From a virus (Duplodnaviria > Caudoviricetes): 64,000 nt of DNA. A program made the translations under genes and the position numbers. The notes under the pieces were generated by a model. It searched no databases. It saw only the letters and a program-made list of their open reading frames with translations, and had not been told where the DNA came from. Positions 60,133-64,000 of the stretch are shown here, one piece after another (positions within the stretch are counted from its first letter, which is position 1; each line of letters starts with the position of its first letter). The stretch is taken from positions 32,001 to 96,000 of IMG/VR virus record IMGVR_UViG_3300025357_000008; one strand, 5' to 3'.

Positions 60133-60159
60133 CATAAAACAACATAAAAGGAACATCAC

Positions 60160-62970
60160 ATGTCTGGTGGAGTCTCAAATTCAAGTATTCTAATTAAACG
60201 TTCCACGGCTACTGGTCGTCCTAGTTCGCTTAAATCCGGTGAGTTAGCTTACTCATATCTCTCAAACACAATCTTTATCGGTACATCCGATGGTACTAGC
60301 ACACTAAACGTTGGCGGTCAGTACTACACATCACAACTTGATTCAGCAACACCGTTAAACGTTGCGAACACAATCGTTAGACGAGATGCCGCAGGTAATT
60401 CGTATTTCGGTAACGTTGTTGTTTCTGGTTTCATTACCGGTACAATTCAAGGTACTTCTAATAACGCAACAGCACTTGCATCACCACAGAACTTTGGTAT
60501 TTCTGGTGGTGATATTACTGCTTCAAACATTGCTTTTAACGGTACTTCTGCTGTAATATTAAGCGCATCACTTAATAACGTTAGCGGTTTAAGTGGTGGT
60601 ACAGTCGGTTCTAATACTTCTATTCCTGTTATCACTTACGGTGCAAACGGTAGAATTTTAAACGTTTCTTCTGTAACAGTAAGTGCAAACTATCAACCCG
60701 CATTTGATTGGGCAAACTCTGCATACAATGCGGCAAATAGTTCAAGTAATACAGCATTTAGTGCTTATGCAAGAGCAAATGCCGCCTACAATCAAGCAAA
60801 TAGCGCATATTCTTTAGCAACCACAGCAGAATCAGATGCTCAGACAGGTATTACAAATGCGGCACAAGCATATTCAGCCGCTTGTACAGCACAACAACTT
60901 GCACAAAGTGCCTATACTGCACAAAATACAACAGCATCTTTTGCTAATAGCGCCTTTGGTCAAGCTAACTCTGCCGCTGTATTTGCTAACGGTGCGTTTG
61001 CATCAGCAAATGCTGTCCAGTTCACAATTACTGACGGCACACACTCTAATACATTCTATAGATCCGGTACATTAACAGTTACAGGAACTACTGGTGTAAC
61101 AGCAGTCGCTTCTGCAAACACATTAACATTTGGTACAGATAACACAGTATTACGTTCTAATACAACATCAGGTATCGGTGCTACACAAAATATTAATACT
61201 TCATTAAGTATAACAGGCAACTTGACAACAGGTAATATCATACCTTCGTCTGCTTACATGTCTATCGGTACATTTGCAAACCCTGTTCAAGAGTTGTATG
61301 TTTCTTCTAACTCATTGAATGTTGGTGGTATTTCTTTAAGCAATACAGGTAGTGTATTAACAATCGGTGGTGGTGTAACTGATTTAGCAGTAAGCACATC
61401 ATTTGGACCATTGTCTAACATTGCATCAGTCGCAAATACTGGTTACAACTTTGTTAATACTGGCGGTACAGTTAATGGTAACGTTAACATCGTTGGTAAC
61501 TTAGTAGTTCGTGGTACAACAACACAAGTCGATACTACAACAGAAACAACAACAGCAGGTACAATTGGTCTAGCCGCTAATAATACTGGTGACGTTATTG
61601 ATATCGGTCTATACGGAACATATGTTAACGGTACTACAAAACTTACCGGTTTGGTTAGAGGACCAGGAACAAGTAACTACTACTTGTTTAATAATATCAA
61701 TGCTACTGAACTTTCTGGTAACAACATTCCATCCGCAGACTTTACTGCCGCAAACTCAGCAACATTGTATGCTAACGTTGTTTCTTATCAAACATCATCT
61801 AGCGGCCAAGCAACATTCGGTTCTGTCGTATCAAATACTGCAATTGCTGTATCTTCTGGTGGTACTGGTGCCGCAACATTCTCTGCTGGTCAAATCTTAG
61901 TTGGTAACGGCACAGGTGCTCTACAAGTTCTTGCAAATACAGGTACTGCCGGTACATATGGTAATGCAAATACTATTGCAGTAACAACTACAGATGCTTA
62001 TGGTCGTGTTTCTGGCGTAACAAATACAGCAATATCCGGTCTAACAGTAACACAAGGTGGTACTGGTGCATCGTCATTCTCTGCTGGTCAGATTGTTATC
62101 GGAAACGGTTCTGGTGCATTACAAGTTCTTGCTAACACAGGAACTGCTGGTACATACGGTAATGCTAATACGATTGCAGTTACAACAACAGATGCATACG
62201 GACGTGTTTCTGGTATAACAGCAACACCAATTGCTATCACATCTGGTCAAATTACAAATACGACAGGTAATACAGGTACTTCAGTTGTCTTATCAGCTTC
62301 ACCAACATTAACTGGTACTACACAAGTTGCCACGATAGTTGCCGCAGTTGCTAATGCATCATCTGCTAATATTACAACAGCAAACGTTGGAACATTATAC
62401 GCTAATACAGTCTCAGTCGGTGGTGGTTTAACATATACCGCTTCAGGATTGTTTGCTGGATTCTCTTCTAATGCTAACAACTATCAGCAAGTTGTAATTG
62501 AGAACGCAAATACAGGTACTCAAGCATCAGCAGACTTCATTGTTTCTAACGGCATTTCAACTGATGGAGCCTTCTACGGTGACTTCGGTATGAACGGTCA
62601 GAACTTCTCTGGTTCTGGTTCATTGAATACTGCTAATACTGTTTACTTGTATGCCGCTAACGTTGATTTAGCAATCGGTACTACAACATCAAATGCTATT
62701 CACTTTGTTGTTAATAACGGTACAACAGATGCCGCCACAATTGCATCTAACGGTATGTTCTCATTAGCGACTGCTCTTGGTACTGCATACGGTGGTACTG
62801 GTGCTTCATCATTTACATCTGACGGTATTATCTACGGTAACGGTGGTGGTGCTCTACAAGCAACAGTAGCCGCTGGTACTTCAGACCAAGCATACACTAA
62901 CCAAGTGTTGACAGTTACTAACTCTGGTGTTCCAGTTTGGTCATCTGCTGTTGATGGAGGCACGTTCTAA
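60160..62970 (+). CDS. fibre protein with N-terminal KRS...GELA domain, ending VDGGTF
   Basis: ILIKRS....P.SL..GELAYSY; heptads; internal duplication of GGTGA..FSAGQI..GNG...DAYGRV. Confidence 0.8.
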   Translation: MSGGVSNSSILIKRSTATGRPSSLKSGELAYSYLSNTIFIGTSDGTSTLNVGGQYYTSQLDSATPLNVANTIVRRDAAGNSYFGNVVVSGFITGTIQGTSNNATALASPQNFGISGGDITASNIAFNGTSAVILSASLNNVSGLSGGTVGSNTSIPVITYGANGRILNVSSVTVSANYQPAFDWANSAYNAANSSSNTAFSAYARANAAYNQANSAYSLATTAESDAQTGITNAAQAYSAACTAQQLAQSAYTAQNTTASFANSAFGQANSAAVFANGAFASANAVQFTITDGTHSNTFYRSGTLTVTGTTGVTAVASANTLTFGTDNTVLRSNTTSGIGATQNINTSLSITGNLTTGNIIPSSAYMSIGTFANPVQELYVSSNSLNVGGISLSNTGSVLTIGGGVTDLAVSTSFGPLSNIASVANTGYNFVNTGGTVNGNVNIVGNLVVRGTTTQVDTTTETTTAGTIGLAANNTGDVIDIGLYGTYVNGTTKLTGLVRGPGTSNYYLFNNINATELSGNNIPSADFTAANSATLYANVVSYQTSSSGQATFGSVVSNTAIAVSSGGTGAATFSAGQILVGNGTGALQVLANTGTAGTYGNANTIAVTTTDAYGRVSGVTNTAISGLTVTQGGTGASSFSAGQIVIGNGSGALQVLANTGTAGTYGNANTIAVTTTDAYGRVSGITATPIAITSGQITNTTGNTGTSVVLSASPTLTGTTQVATIVAAVANASSANITTANVGTLYANTVSVGGGLTYTASGLFAGFSSNANNYQQVVIENANTGTQASADFIVSNGISTDGAFYGDFGMNGQNFSGSGSLNTANTVYLYAANVDLAIGTTTSNAIHFVVNNGTTDAATIASNGMFSLATALGTAYGGTGASSFTSDGIIYGNGGGALQATVAAGTSDQAYTNQVLTVTNSGVPVWSSAVDGGTF

Positions 62971-62999
62971 ATAGATTATTAATATATTAGGAGTTTGAA

Positions 63000-63566
63000 A
63001 TGGATAATGAAAAGTATTTGAGTGGTTATGTTGACATATTAAAAAATGCATCAAGTGAATTGCAAAATAATAATTTTACTTTACAAGCGAATTTGAAGTT
63101 TTTAGAGTCTGCTCTGAGAGAGCAAGGAGAGCAGACTCAAAAATACATGATGATGGTTGCCGATTATGAAAAAGAAAAAGCTGAAAAAAGTGACGATGAA
63201 AATGAAACATTAACACAATTAAAAGCTGACAATGAGAAATTGAAAAAAGAATTATCTGAAAAGAATGATTCTTTATCTCAAAGTCAAACGAAACTGGATA
63301 ATATTAAAATTGAATTGCGTGATGAAATTCAACGATTGAAAAATCAAGTTGAACATTTGAATCAAGTTAATGGTACACTAACGTCTGCACAAAATGAAAA
63401 TGCTCAATTAAAAACTGAGAACAGCAGTCTTAAAGGTGAAATTGAAAATTTGAAACAGACTATTGCAACAACAATTGCCGCTAACCAAACTCCACAAAAA
63501 ACGAAGTCGTTTGTTAAACAAAAGACTTTGCCGACACAATCAATAGAAGACGGTGGAAATTTCTAA
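63000..63566 (+). CDS. coiled-coil protein ending EDGGNF
   Basis: Continuous charged heptad pattern; AGGAG RBS; CTAAATA at 62967. Confidence 0.75.
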   Translation: MDNEKYLSGYVDILKNASSELQNNNFTLQANLKFLESALREQGEQTQKYMMMVADYEKEKAEKSDDENETLTQLKADNEKLKKELSEKNDSLSQSQTKLDNIKIELRDEIQRLKNQVEHLNQVNGTLTSAQNENAQLKTENSSLKGEIENLKQTIATTIAANQTPQKTKSFVKQKTLPTQSIEDGGNF

Positions 63567-63570
63567 GTAA

Positions 63571-64000
63571 ATGGCAAATACAATAGTAAAAATTAAAAAA
63601 TCAGGTGTAACTGGTAACGTACCAGGTTCACTAGCATTGGGTGAGTTAGCAATTAACTATACCGATGGATTATTGTATTTTGCTAATGCTACAGGTGTCA
63701 GAGCATTTTCGGCTAACGACTCAATTCTCGCAAACGCCGCCTTTGCACAAGCTAATGCCGCTTTCAATGCGGCTAATAGCAGTTCAGGTACAGCGGCCGC
63801 TTATAATCAAGCCAATGCCGCTTTTGCTCAAGCAAATAATATTTCTAGTTATGCTAATGCACAGATAGCAATTACACAAGGTGTTGATACAACTCAGAAT
63901 ACAAACATTAGTTCTGCTCAGTTGTTCGCTAACGGTGCATTTACTGCCGCTAATGCGGTTAATACTTACGCATATGCCGCTTATGCATCTCAAAATATTA
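63571..64000 (+). CDS. fibre protein with KKS...GELA domain (runs off the window)
   Basis: Translated by hand: MANTIVKIKKSGVTGNVPGSLALGELAINYTDGLLYF... then AN.AF heptads; open to the window end. Confidence 0.8.
   Translation, partial: MANTIVKIKKSGVTGNVPGSLALGELAINYTDGLLYFANATGVRAFSANDSILANAAFAQANAAFNAANSSSGTAAAYNQANAAFAQANNISSYANAQIAITQGVDTTQNTNISSAQLFANGAFTAANAVNTYAYAAYASQNI

Noticed and set aside
48644-64000. Diversity-generating retroelement acting on fibre genes
   Set aside because: No reverse transcriptase in the window and no template/variable repeat pair with adenine-specific mismatches; the repeats seen are in-frame coding duplications

Overview
64 kb segment of an AT-rich, T4-like (Kyanoviridae/Tevenvirinae-related) myophage genome; no host chromosomal genes are seen. 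1-11.8 kb: early/accessory small ORFs, a CobS/MoxR-type AAA+ ATPase, a metallophosphoesterase, a DEDDh exonuclease, a 2OG-Fe(II) oxygenase and a DenV-like glycosylase, driven by sigma70-type promoters that share an upstream TGTTG-N8-CAACA box. 11.8-21.2 kb: two putative tail-tip adhesins interleaved with an exonuclease and a second 2OG oxygenase, a circularly permuted (two-piece) tmRNA with tag ANDELFALAA, an outer-membrane beta-barrel, an SleB-type hydrolase, gp33/gp59/gp32 and rubrerythrin plus rubredoxin. 21.2-27.2 kb (minus strand): hub/tape-measure-like genes, gp51, gp26, gp54-like, gp2, gp4. 27.2-64 kb: baseplate genes (gp48, gp53, gp27-like, three-part gp5, gp25, gp6, gp7, gp8), a split VrlC-like protein carrying an S74 chaperone, and a long fibre-gene cluster. 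The tmRNA tag suggests a betaproteobacterial host (inference). Most notable: (i) a recurring C-terminal D(G/N)GxF peptide followed by an N-terminal KRS...GELA domain in the next fibre gene, a possible plug-and-socket fibre assembly code; (ii) early promoters with a helically phased operator whose right half also starts a hairpin enclosing the -35; (iii) the permuted phage tmRNA with a neighbouring basic peptide and a phage protein ending in an ssrA-like LAA; (iv) one anchor module fused to two different adhesin bodies next to 2OG oxygenases; (v) strong GCWGC avoidance. All calls come from reading motifs by eye; no database searches were run.
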